Shown here one piece after another: positions 44,375 through 54,190 of a stretch of DNA of 64,000 bases (the first letter of the stretch is position 1; every line of letters begins with the position of its first letter). The notes under the pieces are model-generated. The model worked only from the letters and a program-made list of their open reading frames with translations. It did no database searches and was not told the DNA's origin. Source of the DNA: Burkholderiales bacterium. Lineage in GTDB: Bacteria > Pseudomonadota > Gammaproteobacteria > Burkholderiales > JACQAP01. Position numbers and translations under genes: made by a program. The stretch is taken from assembly GCA_045810225.1 (NCBI GenBank), contig JBJMWI010000138.1, forward strand, positions 23 through 64,022, read 5' to 3'.

Positions 44375-45244
44375 TCAAGTTTCCTGCGCACGCTGCATCA
44401 TCGCTCCGCGGGTGTCGGGCGTTTCCAGACTGATGCGACCCAGTTTACTGCTGCGATAGTCATCAAGCAGGATGAGCGCCGCTTTTTCCAGATCGAGGCT
44501 CCCAGCTTTGCTAAGGCAGCCCCGGCGCCTGGCGACGGCTTCCAGCAGGCCCGGACCGTCAAGCCCCTCCGGCACGAACCCGTAGCGCGCGGCCAACAGC
44601 CCAGGGTAACGCGCGATCAGCAGCTCGCCCAGGAATGCGGCCACGTCCTCTTCCATGACCGCATTGGCACCAATGGCATGGCTGGCGGCGAGCATGTAGC
44701 CGTCGCTGTCATATTGGATGTTCGGCCACATCAATCCGGGCGTGTCAATCAGCGTCATGCCCGGACCCAAATCAAGGCTTTGCTGGGTTTTGGTAACGGC
44801 CGGTTCATCGCCCACCGCAGCGACGCGCCGCTTGACCAACGCATTCATGAGCGTGGATTTCCCTACATTGGGAATACCCAGGATCATCATGCGCAGGGGC
44901 TTGGTATTGTCACTGCGGTGCGGCGCAATGGCCTTGCAGTAACCCGTCACGCGAGCAACGTCGGCTGGCTTCTTGCAAGACAGGGCGACGGCCTTGACGC
45001 CCTGCTGGCGTTGATAGAAATGCAGCCATGCCGCCGTCGCAGCCGGATCAGCCAAGTCTGCTTTGTTCAACAGTTTCAATGCCGGACGTTGACGCTGATC
45101 GCGCAATGTCCGGATCATCGGATTGCTGCTCGCCTCCGGTAAACGTGCATCCACCATCTCGATAACGACATCGACCCGTGCCATCGCCTCCGCGGCCTTC
45201 TTGCGCGCAAGGCTCATGTGGCCGGGGAACCATTGTATTGTCAT
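44375..45244 (-). CDS. rbgA: Ribosome biogenesis GTPase YlqF/RbgA
   Basis: The ORF is trimmed to MTIQWFPGHMSLARKK. It shows the circularly permuted GTPase order: NKADL (G4), then GIPNVGKST (G1), then DTPG (G3). Confidence 0.85.
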   Translation of the reverse strand: MTIQWFPGHMSLARKKAAEAMARVDVVIEMVDARLPEASSNPMIRTLRDQRQRPALKLLNKADLADPAATAAWLHFYQRQQGVKAVALSCKKPADVARVTGYCKAIAPHRSDNTKPLRMMILGIPNVGKSTLMNALVKRRVAAVGDEPAVTKTQQSLDLGPGMTLIDTPGLMWPNIQYDSDGYMLAASHAIGANAVMEEDVAAFLGELLIARYPGLLAARYGFVPEGLDGPGLLEAVARRRGCLSKAGSLDLEKAALILLDDYRSSKLGRISLETPDTRGAMMQRAQET

Positions 45245-45488
45245 GGATACGACTACCGGCCTAACCAGCCCAATGTCATTATCGGAATCGCCAAGCGGCT
45301 GGCTGCAACCCAATAGTGTTTCGCTTCTTTTCTGCTCTGCACTCTTTTTTTTATGCCAGCGTCAAGCCGCGTGTCGTCGTTCGCGGGCGACGCGTCGTCA
45401 AAGTCCGACACTTTTGCCTCTTGCACGAATGGGGGCTCAGGGCTAAAAAGGCAATGAGGGAGTTGTATCGGTACGGAGGAGTGGACGA

Positions 45489-45803
45489 ATGCAGGAACAG
45501 ACAGATTATCGGAGGAAGGTTGACGATGCAGTTCGAAGAGCAACCAATATCCTCGCCAAGCATCATTTGCAACCACAGAAGTATCGTGTCCATATTAATC
45601 CAAAGGGAGAGCTGGGCCCAGGCGAACCGCACACGTTGTCCCTTTCCACGGCAGATGGCGCAGTCTGGGTTACTGAAACCGTTATTCCGTTTCGCTGCAT
45701 TGAAGAAGTGGATCCCTTCGGATCCGACGCATTCTGCAGCATCGTCTCAGCGCAAATGATGGCGTTGATCCGAAAGGTAAGGCAAGCCGGCAGAATGGTC
45801 TAG
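45489..45803 (+). CDS. Hypothetical protein
   Basis: 104 aa. A strong SD (GGAGGAG) lies 9 nt upstream, and a terminator hairpin follows directly. I recognise no motif. Confidence 0.5.
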   Translation: MQEQTDYRRKVDDAVRRATNILAKHHLQPQKYRVHINPKGELGPGEPHTLSLSTADGAVWVTETVIPFRCIEEVDPFGSDAFCSIVSAQMMALIRKVRQAGRMV

Positions 45804-45810
45804 TTTTTCC

Positions 45811-45874
45811 AAATGCCCCGCCTTGGGGGTTCAGCTTCCTCCCTTGCTGAACCTTCTGGTGCGGGGCATTTTTC
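45811..45874. terminator. Bidirectional terminator between convergent genes
   Basis: An 11-bp outer stem pairs aaatgccccgc (45811-45821) with gcggggcattt (45861-45871). An inner stem pairs ggttcagc (45828-45835) with gctgaacc (45846-45853). T-runs lie on both sides. Confidence 0.65.
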
Positions 45875-45898
45875 CGTCGCCGGATTCTCCAGATTTGT

Positions 45899-46768
45899 TC
45901 ATTTGCCTTCCAGTCGCGCGAATCGCTTTTTCAGCTGATCGACGCGCACCACATAAGCCTGCACGTCATGCTCACCGCAGCGTTGTCCGGAGTCCAGGCG
46001 GAATCGGCGCCGCGCGAATATTTCCCCCGTCCCCGCACCGCACACGTGGATCACGGCGGCAAGGTCCTGCTTTTGCTCCAGGGATGCTTGTCCCATACTC
46101 AATCGCATTAGCGTGTTGGCGACCGTACGATCAAGGTAGGCCGCAGCAAGTTCTATGGCGTTCGACGGTAGCGTCCGCGTATAGAAACGATTGAACCAGC
46201 ACGACGCAATCGCGTTCCAGGGTCCGTCTTCGACAACAACATGGTCGTGGATGCAGTAGTGCCTAGCCGTGGCAAAAGTACCGTCGGTCATCTGATACAT
46301 CCCGACTGCGCTCGATGCCGGCCGGTAGACTTCAAACGGCCTGCGTTGCAATGACCAGCGCCAGTACGTGCGGGCAACCGGATTGCCCGATGCTTCTACC
46401 TGCGCTAATGCGCCTAGCAAAGCGGGCGTAACAACTGCGGTCGCATGTTGCTGAAACAGCGACCCATAGGCATTCCAGGTTTCCGGCGGCGTCTTATACA
46501 GTGCGTCGCTTACCGGGAAGAACAACTCTGAGGGCTTGCGCGCGACCTGGTAAGACCAGTTGAGCAGGAACATTGCGATGCCGGCAATCAATACAACGAG
46601 CAGGTATCTGACTCCGGGAGGTGCATCGCGAAATTTGCGCCACCATCGCCGGCGCAATTGTGCGCGCGGCCAGAATCGCATCGCGGCGGAACGGCGCTTG
46701 CGTTTTTGGCGTGGCCGTTGAGTTACGGCGGACCGTGCAGACATGCTTTGCCCGCGTGCATGGGTCAT
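45899..46768 (-). CDS. Lytic transglycosylase (SLT domain) protein, membrane-anchored
   Basis: 289 aa. A basic N-terminus is followed by the TM helix YLLVVLIAGIAMFLL. The catalytic-Glu motif LAQVEASGNP and the segment GMYQMT are present. Confidence 0.75.
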   Translation of the reverse strand: MTHARGQSMSARSAVTQRPRQKRKRRSAAMRFWPRAQLRRRWWRKFRDAPPGVRYLLVVLIAGIAMFLLNWSYQVARKPSELFFPVSDALYKTPPETWNAYGSLFQQHATAVVTPALLGALAQVEASGNPVARTYWRWSLQRRPFEVYRPASSAVGMYQMTDGTFATARHYCIHDHVVVEDGPWNAIASCWFNRFYTRTLPSNAIELAAAYLDRTVANTLMRLSMGQASLEQKQDLAAVIHVCGAGTGEIFARRRFRLDSGQRCGEHDVQAYVVRVDQLKKRFARLEGK

Positions 46769-46928
46769 GCTGTTTTAGCCCCTGCAGGGTCGCAAGATAA
46801 TGGTTTGTGAATGGTCAAAGAAAGAAATCGCTCGCGTTGTAGTTGAAGGAAGACCAACAGTTCATCATCCCGCATTATGCGTTAAGCAATTTCGTGCGAT
46901 GAGGGTTCGCATGTTCTTTTGCTGGAGA

Positions 46929-46954
46929 CGTTACCCGATTGTTACGTGACGTGG
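46929..46954. repeat. Degenerate CGTNAC array
   Basis: The sequence is cgttacccgattgttacgtgacgtgg, with GTTAC at 46930, GTTAC at 46941 and GTGAC at 46946. It lies in the divergent SLT/DUF3750 intergenic region. Confidence 0.35.
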
Positions 46955-47006
46955 GATGCCGTCCCTAGGCCGAAGGAGCCACCCATGTTGGCGCTTCTGA
47001 GCGTGG

Positions 47007-47888
47007 TTGATGCTTATGCATGCTCATATCATCAAACCAATGCAACGCAGAAAGGGATCGTCGATGCGCCATGCTGCCTGGCTGAAATCCTTCAAGCCCG
47101 TCGCACAGGACACAAAACGGGACGTTATGCAAACGCATGGCGAAAAGCGCCCAGTCATAAAAACGGCGCCCAGTATGCGGGAGCGTCGGCAAAATTTACT
47201 AAACCGGGTAAATCTTGCACCGAGTCCTGCAATAACTGCCGAACCGGTGCTGCAGGTGTACGGGGCCCGTTGCCGGGGGTGGCGGGGCTTCTTCAGCCTT
47301 CATACCTGGATCGCCGTCAAGCCGGCGGGTGCAAAGGCGTACACGGTGTACGAGGTCACGCCTGAAGCACTGATGCGGCGCGGTTGCTGTGTCAGCATAC
47401 GCAAGCGCGTGCCCGATGCTTACTGGTATGGCGCCGCCCCCGAATTGCTGGCAGACAAGCGCGGCGATAACATCGGGCCACTGATCGAACGCATCCGCAA
47501 TGCCGCCCAGGAATACCGCTATGCCGGGAAATATCTGATGTGGCCCGGACCGAATTCCAACACCTTCATCGCGCACCTGGCGCGCGTCGTACCCGAACTG
47601 GAGCTGGAACTGCCTTGCCATGCCATCGGCAAGGATTATCTGGGTTTGAAAGCGATTGGTCGGCCGGCGAGCGGTGCCGGCTTTCAGTTCTCGTTTTTCG
47701 GTTTGTTGGGCATCCTCGTCAGTCGCGTGGAAGGAATCGAGCTGAATATTCTGGGACTGAGTTGCGGTTTCAATCCGTTTGCCGCATGCGTAAAACTGCC
47801 TTTTGTCGGGCACATCCGCGCTGCACGCTTGTCAGCCAGCGAAGCTCCGGCTGCGGTACCCGCTGGCGCAACCGAGGTAGCAGAATAA
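47007..47888 (+). CDS. DUF3750-like protein
   Basis: 293 aa. The start is uncertain. The blocks VYGARCRGWRGFFSLHTWIAVKPAGAKAYTVYEV and WPGPNSNTFIAHLAR resemble DUF3750 (from memory). It lacks the N-terminal TM helix I would expect. Confidence 0.6.
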   Translation: MMLMHAHIIKPMQRRKGSSMRHAAWLKSFKPVAQDTKRDVMQTHGEKRPVIKTAPSMRERRQNLLNRVNLAPSPAITAEPVLQVYGARCRGWRGFFSLHTWIAVKPAGAKAYTVYEVTPEALMRRGCCVSIRKRVPDAYWYGAAPELLADKRGDNIGPLIERIRNAAQEYRYAGKYLMWPGPNSNTFIAHLARVVPELELELPCHAIGKDYLGLKAIGRPASGAGFQFSFFGLLGILVSRVEGIELNILGLSCGFNPFAACVKLPFVGHIRAARLSASEAPAAVPAGATEVAE

Positions 47889-47925
47889 GCGCTTGATACG
47901 GCACCTGGCGCCCGTTTATTGTGTT

Positions 47926-48267
47926 TTACTCCAGCCATTCCCGGGCCAGCGCTTCATTGTCGAAGACCTGGATTTCGGCCCGGACAAAAATCCGGGACAG
48001 CATTGCGGTCCACACCACTGCGTCGTCTTCACTGAGGATTGCGATACGGCCAACTTCCAACGCATGCTCGCGACTGAATCTGATGTCCTCCAGAGCAGCA
48101 TCCAGCGTGTAGTCGAGCATCGCCCGCAGATCCACCAGAAGATCGATCTGTCCCAGGTCACGCAGCTGCTTTTCGACCTCGGTCTCAAGCCGCCGGAAAT
48201 CCTCGATCTCGAAAGTCGCGAATATCCCGATGACGGTCAAATTGCCTTCGTGCTGAATGGTGATCAT
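47926..48267 (-). CDS. STAS/SpoIIAA-like small protein
   Basis: 113 aa. The layout matches SpoIIAA-like/DUF3478-type proteins (ITIQHEGNLTVIGI...IDLLVDL...IAILSED). The call is from fold-family memory. Confidence 0.55.
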   Translation of the reverse strand: MITIQHEGNLTVIGIFATFEIEDFRRLETEVEKQLRDLGQIDLLVDLRAMLDYTLDAALEDIRFSREHALEVGRIAILSEDDAVVWTAMLSRIFVRAEIQVFDNEALAREWLE

Positions 48268-48327
48268 TGCTTTGGCTTGATCGATTGGTATGCAGGTCGC
48301 CGGTACGCCGGCTTACGCGCTCCGTTG

Positions 48328-49644
48328 CTAATGCAGTAACCTCGGCAACAGCATTGCCACATCCGGGAAGAACAGCACCACCATCAGACCAACGGTCTGA
48401 AGCGCTATGAAAGGCAGCATCGAAACGAAAATATGGTTCAGGCTGATTTCAGGCGGTGCCACCGACTTCAGGTAAAACGCCGCCTGCCCGAAGGGCGGAG
48501 ACAGGTACCCCACTTGCATGGTGATATTGAACAACACGCCGAACCAGATCAGGTCATAGCCGAGTGCGGTGACAGTCGGGGCGAATATCGGCATCGTGAG
48601 CAACATGATCGAGAACCAGTCCATGAACATGCCGAGGACCAGAAAGATCAGCATCATGATCAAGATAACGCCAATCGGATCCAGCGGCAGGCCGGTCATG
48701 ATGCCCTTCAAATAGCTGATGCCTCCCAGCAAATTATAGACACCCACCATGGCATTTGCGCCGATGGACAGCCAGATCAGCAGGCCGCAAGTCGACATGG
48801 TGGTATACAGGGAGTCGCGCAGCATTTTCCAGTTCAAAGTGCGCCGGATCGCCGCCGCGATAATCACGCCCGCGACTCCCATCGCGGCCGCCTCACTAAC
48901 GGAAGTGACTCCGGTATAAATGCTGCCCAGCACGGAGAAGATGATCGCCAGCGGCAGCAGTACTTTTTTCAGCGCGGCAAACTTGGCTTGCAGCGGGATA
49001 TTGCGGATTTCCGGTGGCGCAGGCGGCCCGAGGCTGGGATTGAAGCCGCAGCGGATTAATACATAAGCGATATAGATAAGCGCCAGCATGATTCCCGGAA
49101 TCGTCGACGCAATGAACAGGTCGCCAATGGAAGTCGACGTCGTGAGTCCGTAAAACACCAGCACGAGGCTGGGCGGAATCATAGTCCCAAGCGAGCCGCC
49201 GGCGCACACGATGCCGACCGCAAGCTTGGAGTCATAACGCAGACGTAACATTTGCGGCAGCGCGACCAGCCCCAGCAAGATTACTTCGCCACCGATGATT
49301 CCGGTCATCGCAGCCATCACGGAGGCGGCAATCAATGTCATGACACCGACTCCACCTGGTACCCGGCCCGCCCAAATTTTCAACGCATCGTAAAGATCAT
49401 GTGCGACTTGCGACTTGTCGAGGATGGACGCCATCATGAGAAACATCGGCACGGACAGCAAAACATAGGAATTGACGAAGCCATAGGTTCGGAAGGTCAC
49501 AATAGCCAGGCTGTCGAGGTCGGCAAAGGCAGCACAAAACACCACCGCAATCAGCCCGGTGGCGAACGCGATTGGCATGCCCAGCACGATAATGAGCAGC
49601 ACGAAGGCTGCAAGCATCAGCAACGAAATGGCGGCGATGCTCAT
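48328..49644 (-). CDS. dctM: TRAP transporter large permease subunit
   Basis: 438 aa, about 12 TM helices, DctM-like. Its ATG overlaps the dctQ stop (ATGA at 49641-49644). Confidence 0.9.
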   Translation of the reverse strand: MSIAAISLLMLAAFVLLIIVLGMPIAFATGLIAVVFCAAFADLDSLAIVTFRTYGFVNSYVLLSVPMFLMMASILDKSQVAHDLYDALKIWAGRVPGGVGVMTLIAASVMAAMTGIIGGEVILLGLVALPQMLRLRYDSKLAVGIVCAGGSLGTMIPPSLVLVFYGLTTSTSIGDLFIASTIPGIMLALIYIAYVLIRCGFNPSLGPPAPPEIRNIPLQAKFAALKKVLLPLAIIFSVLGSIYTGVTSVSEAAAMGVAGVIIAAAIRRTLNWKMLRDSLYTTMSTCGLLIWLSIGANAMVGVYNLLGGISYLKGIMTGLPLDPIGVILIMMLIFLVLGMFMDWFSIMLLTMPIFAPTVTALGYDLIWFGVLFNITMQVGYLSPPFGQAAFYLKSVAPPEISLNHIFVSMLPFIALQTVGLMVVLFFPDVAMLLPRLLH

Positions 49645-50165
49645 GACCGGCGTTCGCTGCGCAGAGACTGCACATCCCCGCGAATATTCGAGGTCATTTG
49701 CACGACCATCAACAGCGCGCCGAGCACCATCGAGACTTTGACGATTACCGGGGTGGGTTGCGCCCAGGCCGATCCGCCCACTTCCCAGTCGGCGACTGAC
49801 AACGAGGCCATGTTATAAGCGAACCAGCCGAAGGCTGCTAGATAGATTAAGGCCAGCACCGACGTAACGATGTCGCATCGCAGCCGCGTGCGCCGGGAGT
49901 AACGGTCATAAAGGGCAGTGATGCGGATGTGTTCGCGGCGCATCAGGGCATAAGAACCGCCGATCAGAAATGACACCGCAATGGCAGTGGTGACGACGTC
50001 GTAGACCCAGATCGTTGGCGAATGGAACAGGACGTCACAGATGACGTCATAGATGGTGACGACGATCGATAGCGCGAAGCTGTAGCTCAGCAGTCTCGCA
50101 ATAGCTTCGATCGCGCGATCGACCCCGTTCCGCGGCGAGGACGCTTGTGGTGCGGGTTCCTCCAT
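49641..50165 (-). CDS. dctQ: TRAP transporter small permease subunit
   Basis: 174 aa with 4 TM helices. It sits between the DctP and DctM genes. Confidence 0.8.
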   Translation of the reverse strand: MEEPAPQASSPRNGVDRAIEAIARLLSYSFALSIVVTIYDVICDVLFHSPTIWVYDVVTTAIAVSFLIGGSYALMRREHIRITALYDRYSRRTRLRCDIVTSVLALIYLAAFGWFAYNMASLSVADWEVGGSAWAQPTPVIVKVSMVLGALLMVVQMTSNIRGDVQSLRSERRS

Positions 50166-50244
50166 GGTGCCTTACCGTCCAGTACGCGAGCGCAACATCG
50201 ACTTCAGTCCAGCGCCGTTGCGCGGGCGCGGGTCGGAGACGGGC

Positions 50245-51264
50245 TCAAAGCTTACCGATCGACTTCAGAAACTTGACCTGGCTTTCGTAGATTTCCTTGG
50301 CGAGCGGGCTTTTCTTCGCCCATTTTTCCCATACGGACTGCGACACCTTGCGAAATTCCGCCTTTTCCTTCTCGCCCCATGGGACCAATGTCTTCGGATC
50401 CCGCTTGGCTACAGCCCTGCGGTCTTCGAGTTCCTGGTCCATCCAGGTCCGCATGCACCATTCATCCACGGCCGCCGTTACAATCGCTTTCTGTTCGGCA
50501 GACAGTGCATTCCATTTGCGCTTGCTGATTACGAAATCAACCGAATTCATGGAATGGATGCCCGGATAGATTGCATACGGCGCAATGCGGTTGTAGCCCG
50601 CCTCGTCGTTGACCGACAAGGTGCCCCAGTCAGTCGCTTCTATTTTGCCGGTATCAAGTGCCGTGTAGACTTCCGTGCCAGGCATAACAGAGACTGAGGC
50701 GCCGAGCTTGGCAAAAATTTCGGCCGGAATGCCGTCCGGCGCGCGCATTTTCACGCCTTTGAACTCCGCAATGGAGTGGATCGGTTTTTTCGAAGGAATC
50801 GATTCGAGTCCGAGAATGATCGGGCCGAGAAACACGGCATCCCATTTGGCGGAAATCTTGTTCATGATTTCCATGCCGCCGCCCTGCCGATACCACATGA
50901 GCAAGTGCAGTGGATTATCGTAGGCCGCGGTCATATCCCAGAATGCAGCAGCAGGTTCCTTGCCGCCCTGGTAAGCCATGGTGCCGACCGCCCCGTCCAG
51001 CAGGCCGGCCTTGATCGCATCGAGCGCTTCGGCTTGCGGCACGATGGTGGCCACTGGAAAAGCCTGGATATCGACTTCTCCTTTGGTGGCCTCTTTCACT
51101 CGTGCAGCGAAGGCCTGAAAATCCTTGTAGACGGTGGTATTCGGACCATACAGGTTCTGCACCTTCCACTTGTGCTCTGTAGCGATGGCCGCGCCGGACT
51201 GAATCAAACCAGCCAACAAAGCAAACGCTGCACAGACATTCACCAGCTTGAGCGTACGAAGCAT
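50245..51264 (-). CDS. dctP: TRAP transporter substrate-binding subunit (DctP family)
   Basis: 339 aa. It has the signal peptide MLRTLKLVNVCAAFALLAGLIQSGAAIA and a DctP-type layout. The substrate is unknown. Confidence 0.9.
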   Translation of the reverse strand: MLRTLKLVNVCAAFALLAGLIQSGAAIATEHKWKVQNLYGPNTTVYKDFQAFAARVKEATKGEVDIQAFPVATIVPQAEALDAIKAGLLDGAVGTMAYQGGKEPAAAFWDMTAAYDNPLHLLMWYRQGGGMEIMNKISAKWDAVFLGPIILGLESIPSKKPIHSIAEFKGVKMRAPDGIPAEIFAKLGASVSVMPGTEVYTALDTGKIEATDWGTLSVNDEAGYNRIAPYAIYPGIHSMNSVDFVISKRKWNALSAEQKAIVTAAVDEWCMRTWMDQELEDRRAVAKRDPKTLVPWGEKEKAEFRKVSQSVWEKWAKKSPLAKEIYESQVKFLKSIGKL

Positions 51265-51924
51265 CTCGTTCCTCCTCAGTTTTTTTATGGTGCAACGGGC
51301 TTGGCGATGGGAACCTTACCATACTGTTTACGAAGGCCGTTAGAAGGGCTTAGCAAACAATCGCGGCCGGGTGATGTGCGAGGCACCCAAGCCAGGAACT
51401 TCAGAAGCCGGCCCGCCAATGCGGGGGGCCGGGCAGTCGAGCATTTAGCGTTCAGTGCTTGCGTGGCGGCGGCTCGTGCACCGGTCCGGGATCATCATCC
51501 GGCGGCAGGATGGGCGGCTCTTCTTCCGGCGGGATCTCGACCGGCGGTGGCTCGTCGATGGAAGGCGGAACGATGGGAGGAGGCACGATGCTGGGATCGT
51601 GGACTGGCGGTTCTGGTCTCTGCAGTTGCAAGGAAAGGTCCTCCGCGAGAGGGGCGCCCTACTGCTGACACCGTCTCCCCGGGAAGATTCATCAACCACT
51701 GTGCAACACCTGCCGTCCACCTTCCGCATCTTTGCCGGCAACTCGGGCAAAGATGATTGCTCCATCATTGAGAAAATTCTGTGCTGGCGTTAGAGGATAG
51801 CGCCATGCAGCGCAAATTCAGCAAGGGAATTTCCAGTATTTGGGGAATTTTTTGCATGCCGGCAAACGAAATCGAATGCTTGTACAAGCCAGCGATTTTA
51901 GTAAATGCCTTCGTGGAGCCTTGC

Positions 51925-54051
51925 TTACCACATGCCCCGAAGCATCCCCGCCACATCTACGGCAGAGGCATGCGTTGAAATCACGGCGGACGCGTCGGCG
52001 TCCGCGGGCGGCCAGGTGATCTGCTCACACTGGGCGAGCACGGCGCGGGTCATAAAGCGGCTGCGCGCCCCGTAGACATGGGCATCGCCGTTTCGCGATT
52101 GTTGCGTGATGTAATAGCGCAACGGCGCGATCAGGTGCAAGTCCGTCTTTGCGCGCGTCATTGCAACATAGAGCAAGCGGCGTTCTTCCTCGATCTGCTC
52201 GCTTTTGCCGGTTGCAAACTCCAGCGGAAAATTGCCGTCTGCGATATTTAGTACATGCACCGCATCCCACTCCTGCCCCTTGGCCGAATGGATGGTAGAG
52301 AGAACCAGGTAGTCCTCGTCCAATAACGGCGTGCCGGCAAGGTCACCGGTGGCCTTCGGCGGATCGAGCGCAAGTTCGCTCAGGAAGCTCTGGCGGGTGG
52401 GAAACTGGTGCGCGATGCGTTCCAGCTGCTGCAGATCACCGGCACGTACCTGCGCCGCTGCGTAGATGCGCTCCAGATGCGGCTCGTACCAGTCGCGTAC
52501 CCGGCCCATCTGGCCTTCCCACGGTCCCTCCAGACCCAATCCTCGCATGAGTTCAGCAAACTGCGGCCATGCTTCACTGGCGAGCGTTGGCGCGACAAAG
52601 CCGGCAAGCGTGTGCCAGTCGTAGCCTGAAGCTTCGAAGCGGGTGAAGCAGCGGCCTGCATTGGCCGGCCCCATTCCCGGCAGCAACTGTAGTGCCCTGA
52701 ACGCACTGATGCGGTTTTTCGGGTTGTCGGCCCAACGCAGCACCGCGAGGATATCCTTGACGTGCGCTGCCTCGAGAAATTTCAGGCCGCCATATTTTAC
52801 GTACGGAATATTGCGCCGAACCAATTCAAGCTCCAGCAGATCACTATGGTGTGAACTGCGAAACAGCACGGCTTGTCGCTTGAGCGCGATACCGCGCTCG
52901 CGCGCTTCCAGCACATGCGCGACCACGTAATCCGCCTGACCCTGGTCGTCCGCCACCGTTACATAACGCGGGCGTTCGCCGACTCCGCGCGTGGACTGCA
53001 GGTTTTTTTTGTACTGGCGCGCGCCCTCGCCCATGAGCGCATTCGCGGCATCCAGCACTCCTTGTGTGGAACGATAGTTTTGCTCGAGTGTGACGACGTG
53101 TGCAGCCGGCTGGTAGTGGCTGGTAAAACCAAGAATGTTCTCCACCGTGGCGGCTCGAAATGAATAGATGGATTGTGCGTCATCGCCGACCACGGTGATG
53201 CCCTCGCCGGTCGGCCGAAGCGAGGTCAGGATGTCCGCTTGCAACACATTGGTATCCTGATATTCGTCCACCAGGATCTGGTCGAACCGCGCGCCCATGT
53301 CTGCTGCGAGCCGTGCGTCGGCTGCCATGGCATGCCAGTACAGTAGCAAGTCGTCATAGTCCAGCGCCTGATTGGCAAGCTTTCGCTCCACATAGGCCCG
53401 GAACAGCCGAGTCAGTTCGTCTTCCCAGTCTGCGCACCACGGGAAGACGCCTGCCAGGGTATCGGCCAGCGTTCCGCGAGTATTGACCCGGTGCGAATAG
53501 ATGGCGAGGCAAGTGTCCTTGCGTGGAAACCGTTTTTCGGACTTGGACAGACTGAGGTCATGGCGCACCATATCCATGAGATCGGCCGCATCGCCGCGGT
53601 CTAGCACGCTGAAATTCACGTCGAGGCCAACGCTTTGCGCATGGTGGCGGATCAGCCGGTTCGCAATCGAATGAAACGTCCCGGACCATGGCAGCTTGAC
53701 CGTCAATTCTGCAGGGGCGTTGCGATCATTCGCGTTGGCGCGTTCGCCGAGCACAGTGGCAACGATGCGTTGCGCGCGTCGCGTCATTTCCTGCGCGGCA
53801 CGGCGGGTAAACGTCAGCAGCAGGATGCGTGTCGGGCTGATTCCCTCGAGCACCAGGTGCGCGACCCGGTGCGCCAGCGTGTTGGTTTTGCCAGTTCCTG
53901 CCCCAGCTATGATCAACAATGGCCCAGCGTAAAATTTGCCGCTTTCATCGCGTGCGCCGAAACGCGCCGCTTCCCGTTGCGCGCTGTTGAGTCGTTCAAA
54001 TGCGGTTAAGATCGCCACGCCCGGCACTATAGGCGAAAGCTGGTCATGCAT
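51925..54051 (-). CDS. UvrD/Rep/PcrA-family ATP-dependent DNA helicase
   Basis: The ORF is trimmed to MHDQLSPIV, because the 19 upstream codons are encoded by the CGTGAC repeat. It has Walker A GAGTGKTNTL, motif II ILVDEYQDTN and the segment QNYRST. Confidence 0.9.
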   Translation of the reverse strand: MHDQLSPIVPGVAILTAFERLNSAQREAARFGARDESGKFYAGPLLIIAGAGTGKTNTLAHRVAHLVLEGISPTRILLLTFTRRAAQEMTRRAQRIVATVLGERANANDRNAPAELTVKLPWSGTFHSIANRLIRHHAQSVGLDVNFSVLDRGDAADLMDMVRHDLSLSKSEKRFPRKDTCLAIYSHRVNTRGTLADTLAGVFPWCADWEDELTRLFRAYVERKLANQALDYDDLLLYWHAMAADARLAADMGARFDQILVDEYQDTNVLQADILTSLRPTGEGITVVGDDAQSIYSFRAATVENILGFTSHYQPAAHVVTLEQNYRSTQGVLDAANALMGEGARQYKKNLQSTRGVGERPRYVTVADDQGQADYVVAHVLEARERGIALKRQAVLFRSSHHSDLLELELVRRNIPYVKYGGLKFLEAAHVKDILAVLRWADNPKNRISAFRALQLLPGMGPANAGRCFTRFEASGYDWHTLAGFVAPTLASEAWPQFAELMRGLGLEGPWEGQMGRVRDWYEPHLERIYAAAQVRAGDLQQLERIAHQFPTRQSFLSELALDPPKATGDLAGTPLLDEDYLVLSTIHSAKGQEWDAVHVLNIADGNFPLEFATGKSEQIEEERRLLYVAMTRAKTDLHLIAPLRYYITQQSRNGDAHVYGARSRFMTRAVLAQCEQITWPPADADASAVISTHASAVDVAGMLRGMW

Positions 54052-54060
54052 CCAGTACTT

Positions 54061-54185
54061 CCGTGACAGTCGTGACGGCGTGACGGTCGTGTCTCTTAAA
54101 GAAACCATGCTTGGCCTTTAGAATACGTATCGGTGTCTTGTACTTCCGCATTTACGGCAGTCACGATCGTCACGTCGTCACGGCC
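54061..54185. repeat. CGTGAC-array inverted-repeat element (125 bp)
   Basis: The left array has GTGAC at 54063, 54072 and 54080, with GTGTC at 54089. The right array has GTCAC at 54160, 54169 and 54177, giving mirror 9/8-bp spacing. The interior is similar to that of the 18115-18250 element (cggtgtc...cttcc...tttacg). Confidence 0.65.
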
Positions 54186-54190
54186 TTTTT

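Noticed and set aside
51459-51668. A plus-strand Gly/Ser-rich 69-aa ORF (MRGGGSCTGPGSSSGG...) and two other overlapping track ORFs in the same region.
   Set aside because: They are the complement or frame-shift images of the CCN-rich minus-strand frame. The plus-strand orientation conflicts with all neighbours and there is no SD. Only the minus-strand proline frame has an SD, and even that one is speculative.
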